From the NCBI GenBank assembly GCA_964016885.1, contig OZ024757.1:13392001-13456000 (forward strand): a stretch of 64,000 bases of DNA. Reading direction: 5' to 3'. The notes beneath the pieces are model-generated. The model was not told the origin of the DNA. It searched no databases and was given only the letters and a program-made list of their open reading frames with translations. The position numbers and the translations under genes are program-made. This document shows, in pieces, positions 49,401 to 61,400 of this stretch. Every line of letters begins with the position of its first letter. Positions within the stretch are counted from its first letter, which is position 1. Origin of the DNA: Eledone cirrhosa (lineage: Eukaryota).

Positions 49401-52400
49401 TAGAGAGGGGCCTTGGTGGGGGCAATGTTAGAGAGAGGCACTGGTGAAGTGTTAAGTTACAGAGAGATGCCCTGGGTGGGGGTAAAGTTAGAGAGAGAGG
49501 GGCCTAGTGGTGGGTAAGTTAGAGAAGAGGCGCGGGTGGTGGGTAAAGTTAGAGAGAGGGGCCTGGGTGGAGGGTAAAATTAGAGAGAGGCGCCCTGATG
49601 GGGGGTAAAGTAGGAGAGAGAGGCGTTAGTGGGGGGTAAAATTAGAGAGAGGGGCCTGGTGGTGGGTAAGTTAGAGAGAGAGGCCCTGGTGGTGAGTAAG
49701 TTAGAGAGAGGGCTTGGTGGGGGGTAAAGTTAGAGAGAGAGGCCCTGGTGAGTGGTAAAGTTAGAGGGGTCATGGTGGAGGGTAAAGATAGAGAGAGGCC
49801 TGGGGGGTAAAGTTAGACAGTGGAGCCTTGATGGAGGGTAAAGTTAGAGAGAGGCCTGGTAGGAGGCTAAAGTTACAGAGAGGCCCTGGTGGGGGAGTAA
49901 AGTTAAAGTAAGGGGCCTTGGTGGAGGGTGAAATTAGAGAGAGAGCCCTGGTGGGGGAAAAAGTTAGAGAGGCCCTAGTTGGGGGTAAAGTTAGACAGAG
50001 GGGCCCTGGTAGTGGGTAAAGTTAGAAAGAGGCCTTGGTGGAGGGGGGGGGGGGGTAAAGTTAGGGAGAGGGGCCTTTTTGGAGGGTAAATCAGGGTGAG
50101 AGGGGCCCTGGTAGAGGGTAAACTTAGAGAGATACCCTAGTGGGGGGTAAAGTTACACAGAGGGGCCTGGTGGTGGGTAAAGTTAGAGAGAGAGGCCTAG
50201 TTTTGGGTAAAGTTAGAGAGAGGCCTTGGTGGTGGGTAAGTTAGAGAGAGAGGCTCTGGTGTAGGGGTAAAGGTAAAGAGAGAGAGGCCCTAGTGTGATG
50301 GTAAAGTTAGAGAGAGGGGCCTGGTGGTGGGTAAAGTTAGAGAGAGAGGCCCTAGTGGGGGTAAAGTTAGAGAGGGGAGCCCTGGTGGAGGGTAAAGTTA
50401 TAGAGACCCCTACGTGGGGGGTAAAGTTATAGAGAGAGAGGCCCCGGTGGATGGTAAAGTTAGAGGGGCGTTGGTGGAGGGTAAAGTTAGATAGAGACCC
50501 TTGTGGTGGGTAAAGTTAGAGAGAGGCCTTGTGGAGGATAAAGTTAGAGAGAGACCCTGGTGAAGGAGTAAAGTTAGAGAGCGGGGCCTTGGTGGAGGGT
50601 AAAGTTAAGGAGAGGTCTTAGTGGAGGGTAAAGTTAGAGAGAGGCCCTGATGGGGGAGTAAAGTTAGAGAGAGGGGCCTTGGTGGAGGGTAAAGTTAGAG
50701 AGGGGCCTTGGTTGGGGATAAAGTTATAGGGAGTTAAATTAGAGAGAGAGAGGCCTTGGTGGTTGGTAAGTTAGAAAGAGAGGCCCTGGTGGTGGGTAAA
50801 GTTAGAGAGACGAGCCCTGGCGGAGGGTAAAGTTAGAGAGAGGCCCTGGTGGGGGGTAAAGTTAGAGAGAGGGGCCTTAGTGGGGGGTAAAGTTAGAGAG
50901 AGAGGCCCTGGTGGGGGGTAAAGTTAGAGAGAGAGGCCCCAGTGGTGGGTAAAGTTAGACAGAGGGGCCCTGGTGGTGGGTAAAGTTAGAGAGAGAGACC
51001 CTAGTGGGGGGTGAAGTTAGAGCGAGGGGGCTGGTGTGGGGGTAAAGTTAGATAGAGAGGTCCTGTGGGGGGGGTAAAGTTAGAGAGAGAGGCCCTAGTG
51101 GGGGGTAAAGTTACAGAGAGGGGCCTGTTGGTGGGTAAGTTAGATAGAGGGGCCCTGGTGGATGGTAAAGTTAGAGAGTGGCCCTGGTGGTGGATAAAGT
51201 TAGAGAGAGACCTTTATGTGGGGGTAAAGTTAGAGAGCGAGGCTCTAGTGGGAGGTAAAGTTAGAGAGAGGGGCCTCGTGTGGGGGTGAAGTTAGAGAGA
51301 GAGGCCCTGGTGGAGGGTAAAGTTAGTGAGAGAGGCCTGGTTTTGGGTAAAGTTAGAGAGAGGCCTTGGTGGTAGTTAAAGTTAGAGAGAGAGGCCCTGG
51401 ATGGGGGTAAAGTTAGAGAGAGAGGCTCTGGTGTGGAGGTTAAGTTAGAGAGAAAGGCCCGATGGTGGGTAAAGTTAGAGAGAGAGGCCCTAGTGGGGGT
51501 AAAGTTAGAAAGAGAGAGGCCTGGTGGTCGGTAAAGTTAGAGAGAGAGGTCCTGGTGGGAGGGTAAAGTTAGAGGAGCCTGGATGTAGGGTAAAGATAGA
51601 GAGAGGAGCTCTAGTGGAGGGTAAAGTTATAGAGACCCCTTGGTGGGGGGTAAATTTAGAGAGAGAGAGGCCTTAGTGGATGGTAAAGTTAGAGGGGCCT
51701 TGGTGGAGGCTAAAGTTAGAGAGAGAGAGGCCCTAGTGGGGGTAAAATAAGAGAGAGGAGCCTGGTGATGGGTAAATTAGAGAGAGAGAGGCCCTGGTGG
51801 TGGGTAAAGTTAGAGAGAGGGGCCTGGGTTGAGTGTCAAGTTAGAGAGAGAGGCCCTAGTGGGGGTTACAGTTACAGAGAGGGGCCTGGTGGTGGGTAGT
51901 TAGAGAGAGAGGCCCTGTTTGAGGGTAGAGCTAGAGAGACGGGCTTGGTGGGGGAAAATTTAGAGAGGCCTGGATGGAGGGTAAAGTTAGAGAGAGAGAG
52001 GCCCTGGTGTGGGGGTAATGTTAGAGAGACGGGCTTAATGGTGGGTAAAGGTAGAGAGAGAGGCCCTAGTGGGGGTAAAGTTAGAGAGAGGAGCCTGGTG
52101 GTGCGTCAAGTTAGAGAGAGGAGCCTGGTGGTGCGTCAAGTTAGAGAGAGAGGCCCTAGTTGGGGTTAAAGTTAGAGAGAGAGGCCCTAATGGTGGGTAA
52201 AGTTAGAGAGAGAGGCCCTGATGAGGGGTAAAGTTAGATAGAGAGGCCCTGGTGTGGGGATAAAGTTAGAGAAAGAGGTCTGATGGTGGTTAAAGTAAGA
52301 GATAGAGGCCCTGGTGGGGGGGGTAAAGTTAGAGAGAGAGTCCCTAGTGGGTGGTAGAGTTAGAGAGAGGCCTTGGTGGAGGGTAAAGTTAGAGAGAGGG

Positions 52401-55400
52401 GCCTTGATAGGGGGTAAATTTAGAGAGGGGCCTTGGTGGGGGGTAAAGTTAGAGAAAGGCCTGGGGGGAGGGTACATTTAGAGAGGCCTTGGTGGAGGGT
52501 AAAGTTAGAGAGAGGGGCCTGGTGGTGGGTAAAATAGAGAGAGAGGCCCTAGTGGGGGGTAAATTTAGAGAGAGGGGCATGGTGGTGGGTAAAATTAGAG
52601 GGAAGAGCCTGGGTGGAGGGTAAAGTTAGAGAGAGGAGCCCTGGTTGAGGGTAAAGTTAGAGAGGCCTTGATGGGGGGTAAAGTTAGAGAGAGTGGCCGT
52701 GGTTGTGGGTAAAGTTAGAGTGAGAGGCCACGGTAGGGGGTAAAGTTAGAGAGAGAGGCCCTAAAGGGGCGGTATAGTTAGAGAGAGGCCCTAGTGGGGG
52801 TTAAAGTTAGAAAGAGGGGCCCTGGTAGGGTGTAAAGTTAGAGAGAGGGGCCCTGGTGGTGGTTAAAGTTAGAGAGAGAGGCCCTGATGGAGGGTAAAGT
52901 TAGAGATGAGGCCCTGGTGTGGGGGTAAAGTTAGAGGAAGGGGCCTGGTCGTGGGTAAAGTTAGAGAGAGAGGCGCTGGTGGGGTGGGGGTACAGTTAGA
53001 GAGAGGCCCTAGTGGGGGTTAAAGTTAGAGAGAGAGGCCCTGGTGGAGGGTAAAGTTAGAGAGAGGCCTTAATGGAGGGTAAAGAGAGAGAGAGGGGTCT
53101 TGGTGGGGGTAAAGTTAGAGAGGGGCCTTGGTGGGGGGTAAAGTTAGAGAGAGGCCTGGGTGGAGGGAAAAGTTAGAGAGAGAGGCCCTGGTGTCAGGGT
53201 AAAGTTAGAGAGAGGGGTTTGGTGGTGCGTCAAGTTAGAGAGATTGGCCCTATATGGGGGTAAAGTTAGAGAGAAGTGCCTGGTGGGGGGTAAGTTAGAG
53301 AGAGAGGCCCTGTCGGTGGGTAAAGTTAGAGAGAGAGGCCCTTGCAGGGGTAAAAGTTTGAGAGAGCGGGGCCTGGTGGTCGGTAAGTTAGAGGAGAGGC
53401 CCTGATTGTGGGTAAAGTTAGAGAGAGAGGCCTTGGTGGGGGGTAAGTTAGAGAGAGTGGCCGTGGTTGTGGGTAAAGTTAGAGTGAGAGGCCCTGATGG
53501 TGGGTAATATTAGAGAGAGAGGCCCTGATGGGGGGTAAAGTAAGAGAGGCCATGATGTGGGGGTATAGTTAGAGAGAGGGGCCTGGTTGTGGGTAAGTTA
53601 GAGAGAGCAGCCCTGGTGGGAGGTAAAGTTAGAGAGAGAGGCCCTAGTGGGGGGTAAAGTTAGAGAGAGCAGCCCTAGTGAGGGGTAAAGTTAGAGAAAG
53701 GGGCCTGTGGTGGGTAAGTTAGAGAGAGGCCCTGGTTGTGGGTAGAGTTAGAGAGAGGGGCCTGGTTGGAGTGTAAAGTTAGAGAGGCCCTAATAGGGGT
53801 AAAGTTAGAGAGAGGGGCCCTGGTGGTGGGTAAAGTTAGAGAGAGAGGCCCTGATGGAGGTAAAGTTAGAGAGCGAGGCCCTGGAGTGGGGGTAAAGTTA
53901 GAGGAAGGGGCCTGTTGTGGGTAAAGTTAAGAGAGGCCCTGGTGGGGGGGGGGGGGGGGGTAAAGTTAGAGAGACGGGCTTGGTGGGAGGAAAAGTTAGA
54001 GAGAGGGCTGGGTGGAGGGTAAAGTTAGAGAGAGGCCTTGGTGGAGGGTAAAGTTAGAGAGGCCCTGGTGGGGAGTAAAGTTTGAGTGAGGGGCCTTAAT
54101 GGAGGGTAAAGTTAGAGAGAGGCCCTGGTGGGGGAGTAAAGTTAGAGTGAGGGGCCTTGGTGGAGGGTAAAGATAGAGAGAGGCCCTGGTGGGGAGTATA
54201 GTTAGAGAGAGAGAGGCCCTGGTGGATGGTAAAGTTAGAGGGCCCTTGGTGGAGGGTAAAGTTAGATAGAGACCCTGTAGTGGGTAAAGTTAGACAGAGG
54301 GGCCCAGGTGGTGGGTAAAGTTAGAGAGAGGGGCCTTGTTGGAGGGTAACGTTAGAGAGAGGACCCCTGGTGGAGGATAAAGCTAGAGAGAGGCCTTGGT
54401 GGGTGGTAAAGTTAGAGAGAGGGGCCTTGGTGGAGGGTAAAGGTAGAGAGAGAGGCTCTGGTGTGGGGGTAAATTTAGAGAGAAGGGCCTAGTTGTGGGT
54501 AAACTTAGAGAGAGAGGCCCTGGTGGGGGGAAAAGTTAGAGAGAGACGTTTGTGTGGGGGTAAAGTTAGAGAACGAGGCTCTAGTGGGAGGTAAAGTTAG
54601 AGAGAGGGGCCTCATGTGGGGGTGAAGTTAGAGAGAGAGGCCCTGGTGGGGGGTAAAGTTAGTGAGAGAGGCCTGGTGTTGGGTAAAGTTAGAGAGAGGC
54701 CTTGGTGGTGGTTAAAGTTAGAGAGAGAGGCCCTGGTGTGGGGGTAATGTTAGAGAGAGAGAGGCTCTGGTGTGGGGGTAAAGTTAGAGAGAAAGGCCCG
54801 GTGGTGGGTAAAGTTAGAGCGAGGCCCTAGTGGGGGGTAAAGTTAGAAAGAGAGAGGCCTGGTGGTCGGTAAAGTTAGAGAGAGAGGTCCTGGTGGGGGG
54901 TAAAGTTAGAGAAAGAGAGGCCTGGTGGATGGTAAGGTTAGAGGGGACTTGGTGGAGGGTAAAGTTAGATAGAGGCCTTGGTGGGGGTAAAGTTAGATAG
55001 AGGCCTTGGTGGGGGTAAAGTTAGAGAGAGGCCCTAGTGAGGGAGTAAAGTTAGAGATAGGGGCCTTGGTGGGGGTAAAGTTAGAGAGGGGCCTTGGTGG
55101 GGCGTAAAGTTAGAGAGAGGCCCTGGTGGGGGAGTAAAGTTAGAAAGAGGGGCCTTGGTGGAGGGTAACAGCTAGAGAGGGGCCTTGGTTGGGGTAAAGT
55201 TAGAGAGAGGCCCTGGTGGGGGAGTAAAGTTAGAGATAGGGGCCTTGGTGGAGGGTAAAGTTAGAGAGGGGCCTTGGTGGAGGGTAAAGTTAGAGAGAGA
55301 GGCCCTGGTGGATAGTAAATTTTGAGGGGCATTGGTGGGGGGTAAAGTTAGAGAGAGGCCCTGGTGGTGGGTAAAGTTAGAGAGAGAGGCCCTGGAGGAT

Positions 55401-58400
55401 AGTAAAATTAGAGGGGCCTTCGTGGAGGGTAAAGTTAGATAGAGACCCTGGTGGTGGGTAAAGTTAGAGAAAGGCCTAGGTGGGGGGTGGGGGGTAAAGT
55501 CAGACAGAGAAGCCTTGGTTGGGGGTAAAGTTAGAGAGAGGCCCTGGTAGGGTAAAAGTTTGAGAGTGCGGGGCCTGGTGGTCGGTAAGTTAGAGGATAG
55601 GCCCTGGTTGTGGGTAAAGTTAGGAAGAGGGGCCTGGTGGAGGGTAAAGTTAGAGAGAGAGGCCCTGGTGGATGTTAGTAGATGGGCCTTGGTGGAGGGT
55701 AATGTTAGAGAGAGGCGTTTGTGGTGGGTAAAGCTAGACAGAGGGGCCTTGGTTGTGGGTAAATTTTGAGAGAGGCCTTGGTGGGGGGTAAAGTTAGAGA
55801 GTGTGGCCGTGGTTGTGGGTAAAGTTAGAGTGAGAGGCCTCGGTAGGGGGTAAAGTTACAGAGAGAGGCCCTTATGGTGGGTAATATTAGAGAGAGAGGC
55901 CCTGATGGGGGTTCAAGTTAGAGAGAGAGAGGCCCTGAAGTGGGGGTATAGTTAGAGAGAGCGGCCTAATTGTGGGTAAGTTAGAGAGAGAGGCCCTGGT
56001 GGGAGGTAAATATAGAGAGAGAGGCCCTAGTGGGGGGTAAAGTTAGAGAGAGAGGCACTAGTGGGGGTAAGTTAGAGAGTGAGGCCCTAATGGGGGGTAA
56101 AGTTAGAGAGAGGGGCCTTGGTGGGTAAGTTAGAGAGAGAGGCCCTGGTAGTGGGTAAAGTTAGGGAGAGGGGCCTGGGTGGAGTGTAAAGTTAGAGAGA
56201 GGCCCTAATAGGGGGTAAAGTTAGAGAGAGAGGCCCTTATGGTGGGTAAATTTAGAGAGAGAGTTCTTGATGGGGGGTAAAGTTAGAGAGCGAGGCCCTC
56301 GTGTGGGGGTAAAGTTAGAGAGAGAGGCCCAGGTGGGGAGGGGGGTAAATATAGAGAGAGAGGCCCTTGTGGGGGTTACAGTTACAGAGAGGGACCTGGT
56401 GGTGGGTAGTTAGAGAGAGAGGCCCTGGTGGAGGATAGAGTTAGAGAGACGGGCTTGGTGGGGGGAAAAGTTAGAGAGAGGCCTGGGTGGAGGGTAAAGT
56501 TAGAGAGAGAGGCCCTGGTTTGGGGGTAAAGTTAGAGAGACGGGCTTGGTTGTGGGTAAAGGTAGAGACAGTGGCCCTGGTGGGACGTAAAGTTAGAGAG
56601 AGAGGCCCTAGTGGGAGTAAAGTTAGAGAGGGGGGCCTGGTGGTGCGTCAAGTTAGAGAGAGAGGCCCTAGTTGGGGTTAAAGTTAGAGAGAGAGGCCCT
56701 AATGGTCGGTAAAGTTAGAGAGAGAGGCCCTGTAGGGGGTTAAAGTTAGATAGAGAGGCCCTGGTGTGGGGATAAAGTTAGAGAAAGGGGCCTGATGGTG
56801 GGTAAAGTTAGAGATAGAGGCTCTGGTGGGGGGGTAAAGTTAGAGAGAGAGTCCCTAGTGGGGGGTAGAGTTAGAGAGAGGTCTTGGTGGAGGGTAAAGT
56901 TAAAGAGAGGGGCCTTGGTGGGGGGGTAAATTTAGAGAGGGGCCTTGGTGGGGGGTAAATTTAGAGAGGGGCCTTGGTGGGGGGTAAAGTTAGAGAAAGG
57001 CCCTGGTAGGGGAGTAAAGCTAGATAGAGGGGCCTTGGTGGAGGGTAAAGTTAGAGAGAGGCCTGGGTGGAGGGTAAATTTAGAGAGGCCTTGATGGAGG
57101 GTAAATTTAGAGAGGCCTTGATGGAGGGTAAATTTAGAGAGGCCTTGATGGAGGGTAAAGTTAGAGAGAGGGGCCTTGGTGGGGGGTAAAGTTAGAGAGA
57201 GGGGCCTGGTGGTGGGTAAATTAGAGAGAAAAGCCCTGGTGGAGGGTAAAGTTAGAGAGAGAGGCCCTAGTGGGGGGTAAAGTTAGAGAGAGAGAGGCCC
57301 TAGTGGGGGGTAAAGTTAGAGAGAGGCCTTGGTGGGGGGTAAAGTTAGAGAGAGTGGCCCTGGTGTGGGTAAAGTTAGAGTGAGAGGCCACGGTAGGGGA
57401 TAAAGTTAGAGAGAGAGGCCCTGATGGTGGGTAACATTAGAGAGAGAGGCCCTGATGGGGGTAAAGTTAGAGAGAGAGGCCCTGAAGTGGGGGTATAGTT
57501 AGAGGGGCCTGCTGGTGCGTCAAGTTAGAGAGAGAGGATCTAGTGGTGGGTAAATTTAGAGAACGAGGCCCTGGTGTGTGAGTAAAGTTAGAGGAAGGGG
57601 CCTGACGGTGGGTAAAGTTAGAGAGAGAGGCCCTGGTGGGGGGGTTGAAGTTAGAGAGAGAGGCCCTAGTGGGGGTTAAAGTTAGAGAGAGGGGCCTGGT
57701 GGTGGGTAAAGTTAGAGAGAGGCCTTAATGGAGGGTAAAGTTAGAGAGAGGGGTTTGGTGGGGGGTAAAGTTAGAGAGGGGCCTTGGTGGGGGAGAAGTT
57801 AGAGAGAGAGGCCCTGGTGGGGGGTAAAGTTAGTGAGAGGGGTTTGGTGGTGGGTAAAGGTAGAGATAGCGGACCTAATGGTGGGTAAAGTTAGAGAGAG
57901 AGGCCCTATTGGGGGGTAAGGTTAGAGATGGAGGACCTGGTGTGGGGGTAAAGTTAGAGAAATGGGCCTGGTGGTGGGTAAAGTTAGAGAGAGAGGCCCT
58001 CGTTGGGGGTAAAATTAGAGAGAGGGGCTTGCTGGTGCGTCAAGTTAGAGAGAGAGGCCCTATATGGGGGTAAAGTTAGAGAGAGGGGCCTGGTGGTGGG
58101 TAAGTTAGAGACAGAGTCACTGACGGTGGGTAAAGTTAGAGAGAGAGGCCCTGGTAGGGGGTAAAGTTAGAGAGAGAGGCCCTAGTCGTGGTTAAAGTTA
58201 GAGATAGCGGCCCTAATGGTGGATAAAGTTAGAGAGAGAGGCCCTATTGGGGGGTAAAGTTAGAGAGAGAGGACCTGGGGGGGGGGTAAAGTTAGAGAGA
58301 GGCCTTGGTGGAGGGTAAATTTAGAGAGAGGGGCCTTGGTGGGGGGTAAAGTTGGAGAGAGAGGCCCTGGTGGATGGTAAAGTTAGAAGGGCCTTGGTGG

Positions 58401-61400
58401 AGGGTAAAGTTAGAGAGAGGCCCTGGTGGGCCAGTAAAGTTAGAGAGAGGGGCCTTGGTGGAGAGTAAGGTTAGAGAGAGGCCTGGGTTGAGGGTAAAGT
58501 TAGAGAGGCCTGGGTTGAGGGTAAAGTTAGAGAGGCCTGACTTGAGGGTAAAGTTAGAGAGGCCCTGGTGGGGAAGTGAAGTTAGAGAGAGGGGTCTTGG
58601 TGGAGGGTAAAGTTAGAGAGAGGTCTAAGTGGAGGGTAAAGTTAGAGAGAGGGCCTTGTGGGGAGTAAAGTTAGAGAGAGGGGCCTTGGTGGAGGGTAAA
58701 GTTAGAGAGATGTCTAAGTGGAGGGTAAAATTAGAGAGAGGCCCTTGTGGGGAGTAAAGTTAGAGAGACGGGCCTTGGTGCAGGGTAATATAGAGAGGGG
58801 CCTGATGGTGGGTATGTTAGAGAGAAAAGCCCTGGTGGTGGGTAAAGTTAGAGAGAGAGGCCCTAGTGGGGGGTAAAGTTAGAGAGAGAGGCCCTGGTGG
58901 TTGGAAAAGTTAGAGGGGCTTTGGTGGAAGGTAAAGTTACAGAGAGGCCTTGGTGGAGGGTAAAGTTAGATAGGGGCCTTGGTGGGGGAAAAAGTTAGAG
59001 CGAGGCATTGGTGGAGGGTAAAGTTAGAGAGAGAGGCACAGGTGAATGTTAGTTAGATGGGCCTTGGTGGAGGGTAAAGTTAGAGAGAGGCGTTGGTGGT
59101 GGGTAAAGTTAGACAGAGGTGCCCTGGTGGTTTGTAAAGTTAGAGAGAGGCCTTCGTGGGGGGTTAAAGTTAGAGAGAGAAGCCCTGGTAGGGGTTAAAG
59201 TTAGAGAGAGAGGCCCTGATGGGGGTAAAGTTAGAGAGAGGCCTTGGTGGGGGCTTAAAGTTAGAGAGAGAGGGTTGGTGGTGGGTAAAGTTAGAGAGAG
59301 AGGCCCTGGTGGGGGGTAAAGTTAGATGGAGAGGACCTTGTCTGGGGGCAAAGTTAGAGAGAGGGGCCTGCTTGTGGGTAAGTTAGAGAGAGGGGCCTGG
59401 GTGGAGTGTAAAGTTAAGGAGAGGCCCTGGTAGGGGGTAAAGTTAGAGAGAGAGGCCCTGGTTGTGGATCAAGTTAGAGAGAGAGGCCCTGGTGGTGGGT
59501 CAATTCATAGAGAGGCCCTGGTGGAGGAGGAAAGTTAGAAAGAGGGGCCTTGGTGGAGGGGAAAGCTAGAGAGGGGCCTTGGTGGGGGGTAAAGTTAGAG
59601 AGAGGCTCTTGTGGGGGAGTAAAGTTAGAGATAGGGGCCTTGGTTGAGGGTAAAGTTAGAGAAAGGCCTTGGTGGGGGTAAAGTTAGAGAGGGGTCTTGG
59701 TGGGGGTACAGTTAGAGAGGGGTCTTGGTGGGGGGTAAAGTTAGAGAGAGGCCCTGGTGGGGGAGTTAATTTAGAGAGATGGGCCTTGGTGGTGGGTAAA
59801 GTTAGAGAGAGGGGCCTTTGTTGTGGGTAAAGTTAGAGAGAGAGGCCCTGATGGAGGGTAATGTTAGAGAGAGGCCTTGGTGGGGGGTAAAGATAGAGGG
59901 GCCTTGGTGGAGGGTAAAGTTAGAGAGAGAGAGGTCCTGGTGGTGGATAAAATTAAAGAGAGAGGACCTCATGGGGGTAAAGTAGAAGAGAGAGGCCCTA
60001 GTGGGGGGTAAAATTAGAGAGAGGGGCCTGGACGTGGGTAAGTTAGAGAGAGAGGCCCTGGTGGTGGGTAAAGTTAGAGAGAGGGCCCTGGTTGGAGGGT
60101 AAAGTTAGAGAGAGGAGCCCTGGTGGAGGGTAAAGTTAGAGCGCGGCCTTTATGGGGGGTAAAGTTGGAGAGAGAGGCCCTGGTGGATGGTAAAGTTAGT
60201 GGGGCCTTAGTGGAGGGTAAAGTTAGAGAGAGTCCCTGGTGGGAGTAAATTTAGAGAGAGGGGCCTTGTTGGAGGGTAAGTTAGGGAGGGCCCTGGATGA
60301 AGGGTAAAGTTAGAGAGAGGCCTCGGTGTGGGGGTAAAGTTAGAGAGAGGTGCTTGGTGGTGCGTAAGTTAGAGAGAGAAGCCCTGGTGGTGGGTAAAGT
60401 TAGAGAGAGAGGCCCTAGTGGGGGTAAAGTTAGTGAGAGGGGCCTGGTGGTGAGTAAGTTAGAGAGAGAAGCTTTGGTGGTGGGTAAAATTAGAGAGAAG
60501 AGCCTGGGTGGAGGGTAAAGTTAGAGAGAGGAGCCCTAGTTGAGGGTAAATTGAGAGAGAGGCCTTGGTGGGGCGTAAAGTTAGAGAGAGAGGCCCTGGT
60601 TGATGTTAGATGGGCCTTGGTGGAGGGTAAAGTTAGAGAGAGGTGTTGATGGTGGGTAAAGCTAGACAGAGGGGCCCTGGGGGTTGGTAAAGTATGAGAG
60701 AGGCCTTGGTGGGGGGTAAAGTTAGAGAGAGTGGCCGTGGTTGTGGGTAAAGGTAGAGTGAGAGGCCCCGGTGGGGGGTAAAGTTAGAGAGAGAGGCCCT
60801 GGTGGGGGGTAAAGTTAGAGAGAGAGGCCCTGCAGTTGAGAGAGAGGTGCCTGGAGGTAGGTAAAGTTAGAGAGAGAGGCCCTGGTGGGAGGTCAAGTTA
60901 GAGAGAGAGGCCCTAGTGGGGCGTAAAGTTAGAGAGAGGGGCCTGGTGGTGCGTCAAGTTAGAGAGAGAGGCCATAGTGGGGGGGGGGGGTAAAGTTAGA
61001 GAGAGGGGCCTGGTGGTGGGTAAGTTATAGAGAGAGGTCCTGTTGTGGGTAAAGTTAGAGAGAGGGGCCTGGGTGGAGTGTAAAGAAAGAGAGAGAGGCC
61101 CTAGTATGGGGTAAAGTTAGAGAGAGAGGCCCTGCTGGTGGGTAAAGTTAGAGAGAGAGGCACGGAGGGGGAGGGGGGTAAAGTTAGATGGAGAGACCCT
61201 GGTGTGGGGGTAAAGTTAGAGAGAGGGGCCTGGTGGTGAGTAAGTTAGAGAGAGAGGCCCTGGTGGGGGGTAAAGTTAGAGAGAGGGGCCTGGTGGTGAG
61301 TAAGTTAGAGAGAGAGGCCCTGGTGGGGGGTAAAGTTAGAGAGAGGGGCCTTGGTGGGAGGTAAGGTTAGAGAGAGAGGCCCTAATAGTGGGTAAAGTTA